The notes under the pieces were generated by a model that was given only the letters and a program-made list of their open reading frames with translations, had not been told where the DNA came from and searched no databases. From Phoronis australis (taxonomy: Eukaryota; Animalia; Phoronida): a stretch of DNA of 64,000 nt. The position numbers and the translations under genes were made by a program. Numbering within the stretch: the first letter of the stretch is position 1; each line of letters begins with the position of its first letter. Below are positions 43,701 to 57,482 of this stretch, piece after piece. The stretch lies in the NCBI GenBank assembly GCA_002633005.1, contig NMRA01000001.1, positions 3,948,102 to 4,012,101 on the forward strand. Reading direction: 5' to 3'.

Positions 43701-46700
43701 GGAAAAAACCAGAACATGCTTTTAAAATACTTAAAAGTGTTTTGTTTCCTCGAGAGTGTTCAAATTTGAGCAGACGCTGCCGTGAAAAAAAGTAATAATC
43801 ATTGTGTAGGAAGCGCCGCTCCTGACTCAGTGGACGTGACCACAATGCCCGATTACTGTCTTCGTGACGTGAATGTTCCACTTGAACGCTATGCTTGCTC
43901 TATTAAAAACTGCTCTCTCAAGCCACAGATTTTTTTTCAAAACGTCATAGCAAATTGCGTGATGGTACAGCACAGCGTTACCTTTGAAACATTTATGTAA
44001 ATGTTTAGGCCTATGCACAGAAGGTTAGGATACACTGTCTAACCAATATCGTAACGTCCGAGCCCGTCCTAGTTGAAACTTGAGGAAGCGGGCTGAGTAT
44101 GAAATGAAGCGCGTAAAAAATGGCTTCGAATGCGACAACGTCCACGGGCGGGGCTCTTACTCAGACAGTATCACGCATAAACAGTTTCCATACGGTATTT
44201 TACGTTTTCGAGATAGCACCGCGACTGAACTACTTTGGCAGAGCCCTAACCCGAAATTACAGTTTTACCGTGCGTGGCAATCGTAACTATTTAGAAAGTT
44301 TGCAGCAAACGCCTTCTTTGGGAATTAAAGCTGCAGTTTACCCGGTCTCATAACATTTCTTACCGTTATAGGAGTCTACTTTCGTTACCAACACCAACTA
44401 TCAGCCATTCAAGAAAACCCTTCACAGTTTACTGACGTTGCCCAAGCCTAAAATTGTGAATTTGAAAATAGCGCATGTATGCATTGCCTATGACTTAAAC
44501 TGCCGGCCCATTCGGCAGCACTTCAAGATCGGAGGAGCACGGTATTATTTTAAAACTCGAATGTGCTTCAGTTGAAAATTCACCACTGACAGCTAAACAA
44601 CGGCAAAATGCTGCTTTGATTTCAGAATAACCTTACAGCGTGTTTCAAATGTACTAAAATTTAAATAACTTCCAACGCTGACTCTAGAATCACGCCTAGT
44701 TCTATTATTTTTTATCGTTTTACATGCCACTGTTACTTCTTGTGTTGATTGCTGAAATCGGTGACAATAAACGTTCCTCGTCAGGCAGCAATGTCACGGT
44801 TTCCCTTTAAAGGACACAAACGGTTTTACGGCCGAAAAATGCATTTTGGGTAGGAATGACTTCTTGAAGTTACTAGCTGTAACCAGAGATACAAAACAGC
44901 AAAATCTGTTGACTGTGTTTTTGTGAATATTATATATCGCGGATTCCTAACAAAGACTTCCGGTCAAAGTTAACTGAAATAAAGGCGTCCGGCAACCTCA
45001 TCTCCTATTTAGTTGCAAGGCGCCGTGAAAATAGTCAACGCGGGTGGTGTCTAGTTAGTGAAGTGCAGATCAGACCCGGCTTGATAAAAGACAAACGTAT
45101 GTGAGAAAAAGGGACGAAGAACCATCCCCGAGAAATGAAAAATTAAGTACGAAATCCGCTGAACTACAGTACGAGATGAATTGAACATTTCCAGAAATAA
45201 TAGGGTTGCATTCCTCTCTCGTCTTTCAAAAATGGTTTTATATTCATGCTTACCTTGGTGTGGCATTAAGCGTAAACCTAAAATTGTTTTTGAAAAGCTT
45301 CAATTGTAATGTTTCCAGTTTTTCACTAATTAATATCCGATCGAGCATTTGTTACCTCGCGGAGTCTCAAAAAACTTAGAATGATCTCGGCGAGTTGGCA
45401 ACATAATAAAACGAAACTGACTTTAATGAAAGGCCTAATTCGCCTTGAAAATCAGATAACTTGATGATTTTTACTGCTATTCTAATACAGTTTTTTTGGG
45501 GAACAATTATATTGTATTAACAGAGTACTATAATGTCATTAGACTCGCCTGGACCTCTTAAAAATTCACAATTGTTGGGCAAGTGAGCGTGTGAGCAACG
45601 TGGTTCAACATCTGGGAAAGTCGAGGGTACCTTGTCTCGCGGATTTTTTCGAAAATATATGAAAAAGATAAACATATTCACGCAAGAAAACCAAAGTACT
45701 TTGGATGAAAAAGTTCCAAGCGACTGTTAAATTCTTGTCTGAGATAAATTCGTGTATTCTGCAAATTTTATTCATGTTTCATTGTTGCCGATTATGTCAC
45801 TTATTTGTTCAGTACTTTTAATTTGTAAATATAAAAATGTGAAATATTCTTAAATGTTTATTTTCAGTCTACGAACCCATCAACATTAGACAACAGTTTG
45901 TCTTCTCAAACTTCATTATGTTGAAAATGTTTTTATCCGCTGTGCTATCAGGTAGGTATTGTTTTATGTCCTTCTATTAATTTCTCGGAAAGACGGTTAG
46001 AACCCGGACAAGGGGCTGTACATACCAAGTAAAGGAAGCGATACAATTTGAAGTCACGTGACAGAATCGACTTGGTTTGACCTGTCAAAATAGTATATTT
46101 ACGAAAGCTAAAGATTAACGTAACGTAATGGTGCTGTAGAAAAGTGCTGTGTTAATAAGTACCGGGGGCATTTGTACTAGGGATAGACGTATTATACGCT
46201 AACGTTATTGAAACAACCAAAAACGTGAATTTTAATGGCTAACGTATTTTATTCAAACTATTCGGTTGTTCAGCATGACGTTGTTTTGACGTTTTGGACC
46301 CAATCAAATGAAAAATGCTAAAATTAAAAAAAAATAATAGTACTAGTTTTGCCAGATTTACGTATCGCCGTAAATTAGTCAGGACTTGGAAAATTATTAC
46401 CTGGCTATGGACTTGGCCAATCTTAATCCTTCTCAACCCCTTGGGAGCAATCCTTGTCGGAATACATCGTTGAATCCAACACTTCAAGTGTTAAATTGCC
46501 TCCGTGGTTACCCGAATCGGAAGAAATCAAAACCAGTAAAAAATTTGAATATGTGATGTGACTGTGCATTGCTATTCCTATTTGAGGGCCCAAATCCCGC
46601 CATAATAGTGGGTGATACGTCTTCACTTAACAACCGAATACATTTCATGTAAGAAAAAACTGTATTAATAAATTTGATTTATGTATTTCTGTTTCAGGCC

Positions 46701-49700
46701 AGGTTGTATTGATAGTGCTTTCTTTAATTCCAATTACAAGAAGAAAGTTTGAAAAGTGTGTGGAGGCCTTCGTGGGGTGCCTGTCGGAGAGGGGCATTCT
46801 CTCTAGTTCCATAGGTCCATTTCTTCTCGGCATCGGAATGGCTCTTGCGGGAGCGGTAAATATAGACTATGGACTCCTAACGTGCAAAAACTTTACTAGA
46901 TCCAGACTCTTCTACAGCATTAAACTATGTTCTATATTCTATTAGATGGCCGTATTGTGATAATATGCTCTAAACGTTTTGCTGAACTTTAACTTCTTAA
47001 GATGTTCATTGTTACTTTAATTTCACGACACTCTTCTTTCAGTGTCCAGGCATGACGATGGTGCAACTTGGAACGTGGACTCCTTTTGCAAGTAAGCAGA
47101 ATACGGTCGGCAATTAATTATGCCAGTAGACCTGAATAAAAGTTCTGAATAACCAGTCTTAAGAATGCACACAATTATACAGCCAGAGTTGTGGTATTAG
47201 TCAGTTCATACATAGGCCATGCAAGCAATCTCATCTCAGTTGCCCAAATCATCATAGAGTAGTTAGCCTGTCTCCCTCACAAACAGTATGTTCTTACCGT
47301 TGATCTCATTTTCTTCCCACTCACCACTGACGGATCTAAGGTAGTACAAGGGAGCCGCGCACAATGTGCCAAGTATAGATGTTCTCGTCAGCGCTAAAAT
47401 GGTTTGCCGTCCCATATTGGTCACCTATAAAATGGAGCGAGAGGGTCAGGTTGCCACCTTTTCCAGAAACGGGTGGAAAAGTAGAGTGTCTCATGAAAAT
47501 GTGTTTAAGGTTCCTGGCTGCAAAAAGGACATGGCGAGAATGCAACAGATCTCGTGGGCAATATATCGGCCTAACCGCCGCTAAGCGGTGAACGCTGCCC
47601 TCTGCCGGCTTCATCGCGCCATGCAGATATGTCACCACGAAACGCATGTGAAACGGTTTAGTCAATCAAATCTGCGCAAGATGATTCAAATCTCTTCTCT
47701 GTTGATTGCCACGAATACGTTTGTCCTGTCAAAAAAGAACTCTACAGGTGCAGTGGACTCTCTCTTGTTTGATGTTTGCTGGGAGCGGGCCGGGGGGTGT
47801 CGTGATCTCTTTTGTCGATCAGTTCACCCAGTACCACAAAGACCACGTGAGGCCAGGTGCATGTTTTGTTACATGCGACCGAACCTGAAACTGTAACCAA
47901 AGTGATGAAGAGCGAGCATGGCAACCATTGTGATTATTTTACAGTTTTGACCTTTTGTGGAGGACTGGTTGGGACGCTGTTATACGGCTTGCTTGCTGAT
48001 CACGTGACGAACTGGATTCGCCCAAAGACCAAGTTCACTAAACACACGTACGTCTTTTCTACCGGTGATTGCTTTGGTAGAACAGTCAGGTTAATTTTTT
48101 GAAAAAATGTAGTTTGAAAATTTGACTTCGTTTGTTTTTTGCCAAAATAAGTGAAGAAGGAGAAAAACACATTGACTTACAGAAATGCACCAATGGCTGA
48201 TAAAGTTCTAAGCAAGCGTCAAATTCAGAGTTGGCTGAGATGAAACTCGTGTAAGTCTGTTCTACTTCGCGCAATTTCGTAGCCTGAGGAAGCGGACTGT
48301 GGCAGGTGCAAATCCCGGCCAATCCGAAATTGTCGAGATGTGCGATTTTCGCACCCTTGCTGTTCGAGTAATAACAAAATAGTAACAAATGGTTTTTCTG
48401 TATGATATTATATTAAAAATTTGTCTCTCAAATATTATTTTGGAATTAAGATTGAAAAGCAGAGTTCTTTTGGGAAATGTTGAGTATTGTTAGGCCATGA
48501 CCCTATATTTCAATATGAGGACGTTGTTTTGGGCAGAATGCCAGTCTTAATTTTTCCTTTTTTGCCATCCATTCATGACTTTTATGCTGGATTTTACGGT
48601 AGAGCGTTTCATCGTGCCCGCTGTTTTCTTATTCAAACCGTCGCTCGAAGTATTGTCATTCTCAGTTGCTTTGCTATGGTTTCTGGGATATATATGACCG
48701 GCAAGCAAAAGCCGAAAATGGGCCTTTGACGGTTTTTCCTACTTGGGCCGTTGTAACAATTTGGGCCTGTACTATAGTGCAGGCCCAAATTGTCACAACG
48801 TCCCAAACTATTGTGTCAATTTGGGCAAAGAGTCACAATTTGGCCTGCAGCGCTGACCCAAATTGTCACATTTTTGAAGTTGCGACAATTTGAGTCTGCA
48901 AAGCGCGCCATTCCTCGATTTATTGTCACGCTGATTCGTGAACAGAAACTTGCCATTTGTTCTAAAATTTATCCGCGGTAAGAGTGCCTGAGTGTGGTTG
49001 AAATTCAAGTTCCGTGGTAAAAGTTGTTTCGCAGCTCGATATCAATCTTAGAATTATTAGTTTTAATAGGTGTATCATTTGTGTAGTCTTTTCTGTAATT
49101 GTCTGTATTTAATATCTTGCATATTCAATTACAAAATACCATTAAAATCCTCTCAAGTACATCGTTGGTGAAAGTAACAAAATACGAAATCAACATATTT
49201 AGACAACTACATGGAAAACTGTAAAAATTCTACCCAGTGTATTAACTAGCAGTGTGAGGTCAAAAAGTGAACACAGCTGCATTGTACTGAGTAACACTTA
49301 GGAACCTACAATTATCATTATTCGAGGGAAACGAATTCAACTTACTTTATTCGATCATGAGAAAATGATAATAAGAACAGAATACATCACAGAAAGTTGT
49401 TTAATTAACACAACCTCGAAGTTATCCCGCTCTATGGCAGTGTATAATTTGTGGCAGGAATAATTAGCCAAAATGTAGCTTTGTGAATTCCTGAAGGACA
49501 AGATACATGGTTAAGACAAAAGTTGATAATTTCATGTGTGTAATCTGCAGTTTTTACACACTGTTTCAAAGCAGTGTTAATCTTGTTTTATTCCCATGCA
49601 GAGTGTTCGAGAAGCTCAATCTGCCGTTTGCAGTCGTGGCGCTACCAATGGTGCTGATACTACTTGCTGTTGTCGTTTGTCTGGAATACTTCATTCCATG

Positions 49701-52090
49701 GTCTTCAGTTGGACAGTTAACGGTAGGAGCAACTTAAGATGGGCAACCTCCATCATTTATGTGACATAACATTTGAAACACACAAGTTTTCTCATCAGCG
49801 AAGACGATTCGGTTAACAGGAAAGTCTCATAGATAAGTGCCACTAGATGAAAAATTATTGCTACTGCGTAGCAAACGGTCGCAACTTAAAGTGCGCATAT
49901 CAAACTTACAAAGACCGATCCAGCTTTTTATGAAAAATGTGGTCCAAATCAAACGATAGATTTCTGAAGATAATTCTCTGTCACAAATGTCGGGATCTCT
50001 GCTCCAGTGGTCAACAGGAATGAAAATAAAAGAAATCGTCTATTTCCCATGTTTTTGTTTCTACCGCTTTGGCTAAAAAGGAGGGCCCGGATTCCTCTGG
50101 ACCCTCCTCTGAATCCCCCTATGACATATAAATCATCTAGATTTGGCAGTCGATTTAATTTGTACTTGCAGGTACCAAATAGTCCCACGGCTACAATAAT
50201 TACTGCACGTGCATGGCCCCCATTTGCCAGTGGATTGGTGATTGGATTACTGCAAATGATAATCATTTTTTCCGTTGACGACTCATTGGGGTCAACCAGT
50301 GCATACGTAACGCTCGTTTCTCAGTGGGTCGTGACAGAAAAACTAATGAACAGATTTCCATATCTCGCGCGTGCCCGCGTTGGACTCGGCAACTGGTGGC
50401 AGGTAGGTTCCATGATCTACATCAGGAAATATTGATACACGCTGCTTACATGTTGTTCGAGACCTTTTCTGACTCAGTTTTTATCTGTACTTCAGAAAAG
50501 TTCAATTTTGTTGAGAGCAAGGACGAAATACTTTCTAAAATGCTCTCAAATGAGGCAAGTAATTTCAAATCCATCTCCTCACCTAATTTTTAGTCATTAC
50601 GAAACCAGTTCGCAGAATAATTTTGTGGAATGTTCTGTGAATGCCTCTTTCATAATCATTGCCAGATAAAAATACGAAATTCAGAAAAATCTTTTTATCT
50701 TATAGGAACATAGTAAAAATTAGATTTAAAGCGGAATTCGGCTTTGTGACACACTGTGTACAAATGACTATGAAATATTGCAAAGAGAAGATCGTGAACG
50801 ATATTCTGGTTGGAATGAGAAATTTCCTATGCTCATTATTCTCAAAACTTAAATTAACTATTTAGCACGAAAATCGGAATATTGCTCAACATCATGTTTC
50901 TTTATAGGTTTTCTACTTATTTGGGATCGTGTTAGGAGGAGGAGTCTCGGCCATATCTTCCAACACGTACATGAGTGTTAAAGGTGTCCACCCAGCCGCC
51001 GCCTTCTTCGGGGGATTCTTAATGCTCATTGGGTCACGACTGGGTGCAGGCTGTACGAGGTAATAGCAAATCTCACAGGAGTCATGGTTCTGACACTGCA
51101 GCGAGATGAATACATGGCTACCCTGATACTACACTCGCTTCCTGATCGGAGATCCTCATTTCATTCCGCCACCAAGGACTCAAAGCCCCATACAGCAATG
51201 TCTTTGGAAACCACAGTTTTCCCTTTTTAAAGTTCTCTAGTACCTTATCGACAGGTCTGTGTACGTAGCCAAGTATCTACACAAGTACAAATTTTAAATG
51301 CGTAAAAGCATATTTTTTTTCTGAAAATTAAAAGATATTTATTTCTTCCACTCTCCGTATTTTTTCTGCCCCAAATATTTATTCAACTGCTGCACAATGA
51401 TTCCAAGAGTACACAGTTCCTTTTTGGACAACCTTTTTATGACACCGAAGCAGTGTTCTGATCGAGTGACAGTGTGACAACTGGATTATGACTCAAATTA
51501 CCTAATAGGATTGTAAAAATAGCTTTTGTGTTCAGGTAATCCAAATACACTGGTTGACCTCATCTTTGATTGACCAATAAAGAACCAGATATCAGAATTG
51601 TTCAGACTCCAATACTAATGGACAGTTAAACACGTAGGGGACACATTTGAATGATCAGTTGACTCTGAGAATATCTTTCTACATGTACAGTCTAATGGTG
51701 ATTCTTCAACAAATGATGACATGGGTTCCATGACTGACATTCAGTGACACGCGTTTGTCATGGCCAGTACAATTGAAGTTGATCGCAATTGTCTTCCATA
51801 ATCGCCTTTATAGTGATCCGTTATTTCTTTTTAAAGCAGTTGGATATTTAACATTGTAGACTGTAAGTGAAACGAAAGTACTCGTTTTGTCTGTATATGT
51901 ATTTTGCATTTGTACAATAACGTGTAAACTTTAGCATCACTGACTTTTCAGCGGACACGGATTGTCGGGAATGGCGGTGCTTGCATGGCTGTCGTTCCTA
52001 GCTGTCCCCATGATGTTTGCAGGAGGAATTGGTACGTCGTTTGCCATGTACGCTACAGGAGCACTGGGCGACATCTACTCGTGGAGCTAA
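40784..52090 (+). CDS. YeeE/YedE (TsuA-like) sulfur/thiosulfate transporter family membrane protein, ~420 aa, 10 exons
   Basis: Exons 40784-40813 (or start at ATG 43019), 43052-43247, 45868-45951, 46698-46855, 47043-47091, 47945-48047, 49602-49722, 50172-50402, 50908-51059 and 51952-52090 total 1263 nt in frame. Multiple hydrophobic Gly-rich helices, GIGMALAGA|CPG, WPPFASGLVIGLLQ, and GSRLGAGCTS|GHGLSG, the YeeE/YedE signature. Confidence 0.9.
41495..41820. mobile_element. Kolobok-like MITE
   Basis: TTAA on both sides and TIRs agctaccttttgcc / ggcgaaatgcagct. Its internal atcctatcaag..aatattatgag segment recurs at about 36820-36855. Confidence 0.7.
42191..42228 (-). mobile_element. tRNA-derived SINE head fragment
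   Basis: The minus strand reads caaggtcgtgggttcgagtcccactgggacac, a Pol III B-box / T-arm. No complete cloverleaf is present. Confidence 0.55.
44807..45269. mobile_element. Decayed TTAA-flanked DNA-transposon fragment
   Basis: Ends ttaaaggacacaaacggt / taccttggtgtggcattaa. The 5' part (ggttttacggccgaaaa..gacttcttgaagtta..ccagag) recurs at about 63255-63355. Confidence 0.55.
48717..48900. repeat. Cluster of short direct and inverted repeats (TGTGACAATTTGGG motif)
   Basis: About six copies of tgt[gca]acaatttggg / cccaaattgtcaca in both orientations, including the hairpin acaatttgggcctgtac-tata-gtgcaggcccaaattgt. Confidence 0.75.
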
Positions 52091-54188
52091 TGAGGGAGCG
52101 GTTTTGTTTACGACACAGGTCATGCAAAGACCAGAGGTGCGTTCCTTAGACGCAAGAATCTCGTGAAAAAATAAGATCGGTACCTTTCTAACGTACGCTA
52201 GCAAAGCAACTGAAGTGATTTGTCGTCGATGCTGGAATGTTGAATTATGGGATAGAATTCACTGCTGCTGTTCCATGATTCATGCAAAAGTTTCAATTCG
52301 CAAGTACTTCGCGAGGATCTCGGTTCTACGGAACACGACCCAGCTGCTGTTTGAACACACTAGGAACACGCTGTCGAGCGGAAGTGGAAAGCTTCTGATT
52401 GTGTCAGGCTTAGTAGGACTTCAAAGCTTGTATGTAATCAGTGCCCTAAAAACAATTACGATGGACAAAAATGGAATTCCAAGAGCGTTGCTTGGTCTAC
52501 TTTTGCAAATTAACTACTTGATGTTAAATGCTTCATCAGGGGTCAATTCCTAGTTTATTTATTTTATTTATTATAAACTTAAAATGAAGGTCACCTCTAC
52601 AGTTCCGAGAGGGTGCACGTGTACATTTGGAAATATATTACAAGACAGTATGAACGATCGCTTATACTTATGTTTTGAAAAACGTTCATCACAACAAATT
52701 TCAATTTTTGCAGCGTCATAGAGAAACGTCCCAATGCTGCTAATTTCGGATCACCGTATTTCAGAAATGTGTGATAGCATTCATATGAAACATTCAGATA
52801 TAATGTCTTATGCACTGTTATCCAATGTGCTGACAAGAATAGTTTTTAAACTGCTGCACTTTTGCATGAGGGGCTATCATATATAAGACTTTTTTGATTT
52901 TCATAAAAAAAACAATCATAAGTGGTCCAAAACGGAAACGAAAGTATATTTTAGAAAATGTAACAGAGTTTTGGAGATTTCGTCTTGACCTTTATGTCAA
53001 ATCTTTAGGCAAATCTTACGCTAACAGGATTTGCATGTAAGTGGACTGTAAAGCGTGCGCTGTTTACCCCCAGAGTATAGAACTTAGTCCTAAGCACATC
53101 AAAAGCTTGATGGCGCCGTCAGGGATTGAAGTGACCTGGTCGCCATTCACGGGCTTGGTTGACTGTGCTGGATGAGATAATAATATTGCGGTCGTACACC
53201 AACACGCCTGTTTAGCGTACGAGTTTCAAAGTAAAGAAAAAACTAACTATACTTAAGGTAAACGACCAACATGACTGTTTTTTAACATTCTACATTTGTA
53301 TTTCCACAGTAAATAGTGTTTAAAATCAAAACAGTTAACTTGATCTATGACTTGTAATACCTATCACATAGTAATCATATTAAATGTTGAATGAATTACA
53401 GAACCATAAATTATAAGCTCAACAAATTCAATCCCAACTTTAACTCTGTGAACATGCTGGAGTTTATTGAGTAACGAATTTCAAACTGCATTATAGACAT
53501 TATTAAACTCTGATTAAAGTATAATTATTAAACTAACAATTCTTACTATTATATAATCATTAAAGTATCAAAAACGCTCGCGGACAATTTGCCACGTGAC
53601 CACAAGAACCCAGCAATATGTCAGCTTTAAGTAGTTGACTGTGGCAATGCGTTTTTGATAGCGGATCAGTTGAAATACATCCCCCTAAACGTCGTCGCTG
53701 GGATCTGTGTTCATCTTTATGTTCGTTGTTTGAATGTTCGGATAAGGAAGTTGCTTCTTTCACCTAGCACTGATGCTTATTCATCCAAAACATTACCACT
53801 CATTGTCCGATTCGTCGACATGTCTACCATTGATGGACAATCAGCTGAGACAATCATAGCTACATAGCGGAGATAAGTCTTAATTTCCAGCGTGTCGGCA
53901 GCGTTACATCTCCGCGTAAGTAAGATAGTTTTTGAAATATCTAAACGGTTAAAAGATATGTTATTTATGATATACCTTCACTTATCAGTGATATCTTAAC
54001 TGTTCACATTCACTAGACTCACAAACAGTGAGAAGTTTGCAAGTAGGACTTCACACCTCCTGTGAAATTTAGGCTAACCAGTATCGTATGTAAATCTCCG
54101 AGTTCGGGAGTTTTGCATGTCGGAGGGCGTGTTCGATGATGAGGGTAACTTGTCGATTCTCTCCTATAGATGGCGTCAGTGTATACTT

Positions 54189-57100
54189 TTACGTCTGATA
54201 TTGCAAAACGGGATTTGCTAAATGGGAATTGTTCATGCTCAATGCTCTTAGACTTTTGTTGTACCAGTCATCCTCGTGGCTTACTTCCTGCAACAGAGAA
54301 AAACGTATGATACGCTAATGTATCCATTTAAAACTTAACGCATTCGCATCGATACTAGAATCATTTAAGGGACACAAAATTTTGTTTTAACCTATCAAAA
54401 CGTTTTACCCGAGACAATGGCCCGTGTTATGACATACATGGTCGCCCTAAACATATATTGTCGACACAATATATGTCACAACAGCCCAGAGTGTAATTTT
54501 TGTACTCGAAATCGAACTCGAAATGATTTTTACTCTATTCTACAAGTTTTGTGCGAGCTCAGCTCAAGAAAAATGTCTAGTATCAGTGGCGGATCTTGGG
54601 TATCACAAGGGGGGTGACCAACATTTTGTCTGTAAACATTTGATCAAAGCACGATTGTAGATGCGCATAGCACCGAATGGGGGNTCTTAAGTTAAGGTTT
54701 GACAAAGAGAGAATTATGAGTTTCTGAGTTATTCACTAAGGCTTCGATTAAAATTCGCATCTTACCAGTAGCTTCTGTTTTTTCATCATCACTCAGATTC
54801 CATTTTGTTTAAAAAATGAAGTAATTTTCTTCATTGCACAGTGGAGCAGACGACGGAAACGGAGTCGTAGTGCCCAGCGCCACTGCCGGTCGCCTGAGAT
54901 ATCGCGGAAGAGCCTATAGGCCTACTTAGCCATAGTTCCGTTATGATTGCGCCGTGTTTCGAATTTGGCACTTGAAATTGGATCTGAGCCCCCGCCCCCC
55001 AACAATAAACCTGCACAACTTTAAATCTTGTTTCAGCCGTATAATTTTAATTACCGGGGTTAACTTATAAGCTCAACGATTCCCTACGCTCTTGCTGTTT
55101 TATTTTTTGCGGCAGCCAACGAGGGGTGCCCGGGCCCCCTGGCCCCCCCAAATCCGCCTATGAGTATTATGCTCTCGAGTACACTTTGATTTAGGCGGAT
55201 GACTGTCTAATCCTAGCTAGTTGCATTTGATGACCCCAGTTAGCATTAAGTTCGAGTCTGAACTCGAAATTTCGAGTTTTTGTACTGAAAATTTCAAATC
55301 TCGAATTTATGGGTCATCAAGTGCGAATTTGGATAAAATGCTCATCGTAGCAAACCACAGAAAAACAGACATTCATCTTGACATCTTATTATGGTAGAAC
55401 CTAAAATGTCAAAATTAATTTCTACTTCCATTTCGAGCACAGAGATTAGGCCCAGGACCCCTGAAACTCAGCAAAACGCTTTACGACAAGTCTGACTAAC
55501 GCTTTAGAAGAGACAATTCATGGCAATCAGGAAAGACTGAACCACAAGATCCACTTTGTTATACCACCACAAAGCGTTGTTGCTGAATACTGCTTTTATC
55601 GATGACTTGGATGTACTAATGTCTAAGTCACACAAATGTTCCAACGCCGACTTTCCGGGAAAAGATATCGGGCGACAATTGGTGGCACTGAACAGTTAAA
55701 CTGCGGCCGCGGCCAATTTGAACTGCCAAAATATTGAAATCTAGGGGTAGGCCAGGCTTGGGGCATTTTCTAGTTAGGTATTGTATGTAGGCCAAGTGAA
55801 TGTGTTTTTTTTTGTATTTGTGAACATGCTGAGAATGAAAAAAGGCCACTTTCTCGGCTGTAGCTGCACTCTTCTTCAAGATGGTGGCCCCCTGTTGCAA
55901 TTGTGCATTGCTGTGTAGCAACTTAGAAATTGGCCGCGATTTTAGGTAGCCCTCAAACAAGCCAGATTTGCAAAAAAAAACTAGTTGGCTGACAGTACTT
56001 TTAGACCACATTTTTGGAATCGGTAGGAAATTTGCTTTCGGAACCTTATGTTGGCTTTAGTCGAGCATCGGCAGGGAAACGGTGGTTTTGGGGTGAAAAG
56101 TGCCGATTTTGCATTTTTGTGCTCACATTTTTCTTAGTCTAGCTTGGTTTACACTGGGAGTGAAAGGGTCAAAAATACAAGAGAGAACAAAGTTTCTGTG
56201 CTCATCTGTAGGGCATGTGATGTGAAATTACTCAAAACTTTTCTTTTTTGACAGAGTGAAGGAAGGGTGAAGAGTCCATTGACGTGTGTTCTGATAGGCA
56301 AACCCCTGTGAGAACTGTTCAGTGCCTCCATTGGGCGATGATCGCGAGATGATAGATCGTTGGACTGTCGGTGCCAATAAGAAATCGGCGCACCATTAGT
56401 CAAACTTAAACGGATACTTATAAACCCGTTTCAGTGCTTTCAGTTACTTTAGTTCTACGATGTTAAAGTGATCTGATAGAGGTACTCATAATCTGATCAC
56501 AGGTGAACCGGATTTGTTAATAATATCTTTTTGAGATTCCCGACTGATTTCCCAGTTGCTGGATATTGGCAATTTCGACGTCCGAGCCAATTAATATTCA
56601 GCCAACGTTTACAGTCATCGCTCAACGTCCGGGCCAATGTCAAGGACACCACTATTCCCCTGCTTATTATTGTCAAGATAGGAACCAATATTGCTGGTGC
56701 TGATTCTGGTGCTGCTGGTGCTGTTGCTGCTGGTACTGCTGCTGCTGCTGCTGCTGCTGTTATTGAACGGGCTGCTGGTGCCACTATTACGGCTACCGCC
56801 TTACTAACCAAGAGACGCAGGGGTCTGCTTCTCGAAGAGTCGTGGTATTGGGTTTTGTCTTACGATTTTCCGCTAAAAATCAGCCTACGGATGACTTAGC
56901 TTGTTTCACGAAAACAGGGTAAAGCTGAAAGTAAAAAATCTGCCTACAATTCACATTGAAAAGACTGAAATCTGTAGTCTGGTCAACTAGACAAAGGATA
57001 AACTGTAAAAGTTTTGAGAAAATCAACTGAGTATCAACTTTTGGCCAACATAGTCAGACTTCGGAGATAAAAGTCAATAGTCTCTTCGAGAAACCCCAAG

Positions 57101-57482
57101 ACACAATGAATTTCAACAGACTTCCCATTGGTAACGCATGCTTGTGGTGATTATGAGTTCATTGCATGAGGTCACTCACCATGGTGTAATCTGTGGCCAT
57201 TCCAAGTTGAGTCTGTCGAGCTAAATTATGATGCCCTGGATGACTCATGCCTCCCATAGGTGTCGTGGAAAATTGAGGCATTGGCGAGTATGTGTTTGAC
57301 ATCTGTGGGTAGCGCGCCATGTTGTTCATGTTTGTATGAGTCGGATAAGCGTACGGTGAGCGTGTTGCTGTGGGATAAATATTCCTCATCATGCTGTTGC
57401 ATGCCGGAATAACTGGGGAGAGAGACTTGGCCAACTGCTTTTCTTGTTTCCGGTACTTTGCACGACGATTTTGAAACCACAC
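54189..57482 (-). CDS. Prop: Prop-family (PROP1/unc-42-like) Q50 paired-like homeobox protein, last two exons only
   Basis: Exon 57482-57180 begins at the canonical PRD-class intron position with VWFQNRRAKYRKQEKQLAKSLSPVIPACNSMMRNI. It splices in phase 0 to exon 54287-54189, EVSHEDDWYNKSLRALSMNNSHLANPVLQYQT*. The post-homeodomain and terminal motifs match invertebrate Prop as I recall them. I did not find the helix 1-2 exon within the window. Confidence 0.8.
54584..55162. mobile_element. CAGTGGCGGAT-ended non-autonomous element in the Prop intron (contains an N gap)
   Basis: TIRs cagtggcggat / atccgcctatg with 5-bp TSD AGTAT. Same end family as 11922-12078. Confidence 0.7.
56690..56785. repeat. 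(CTG/GGT)n low-complexity trinucleotide tract
   Basis: Run of tgctggtgctg..gctgctgctgctgctg inside the Prop intron. Confidence 0.8.

Noticed and set aside
56497-56899. Poly-Ala ORFs on both strands as an extra Prop exon
   Set aside because: They are explained by a CTG microsatellite, lack convincing splice sites, and the flanking Prop exons already join in phase.
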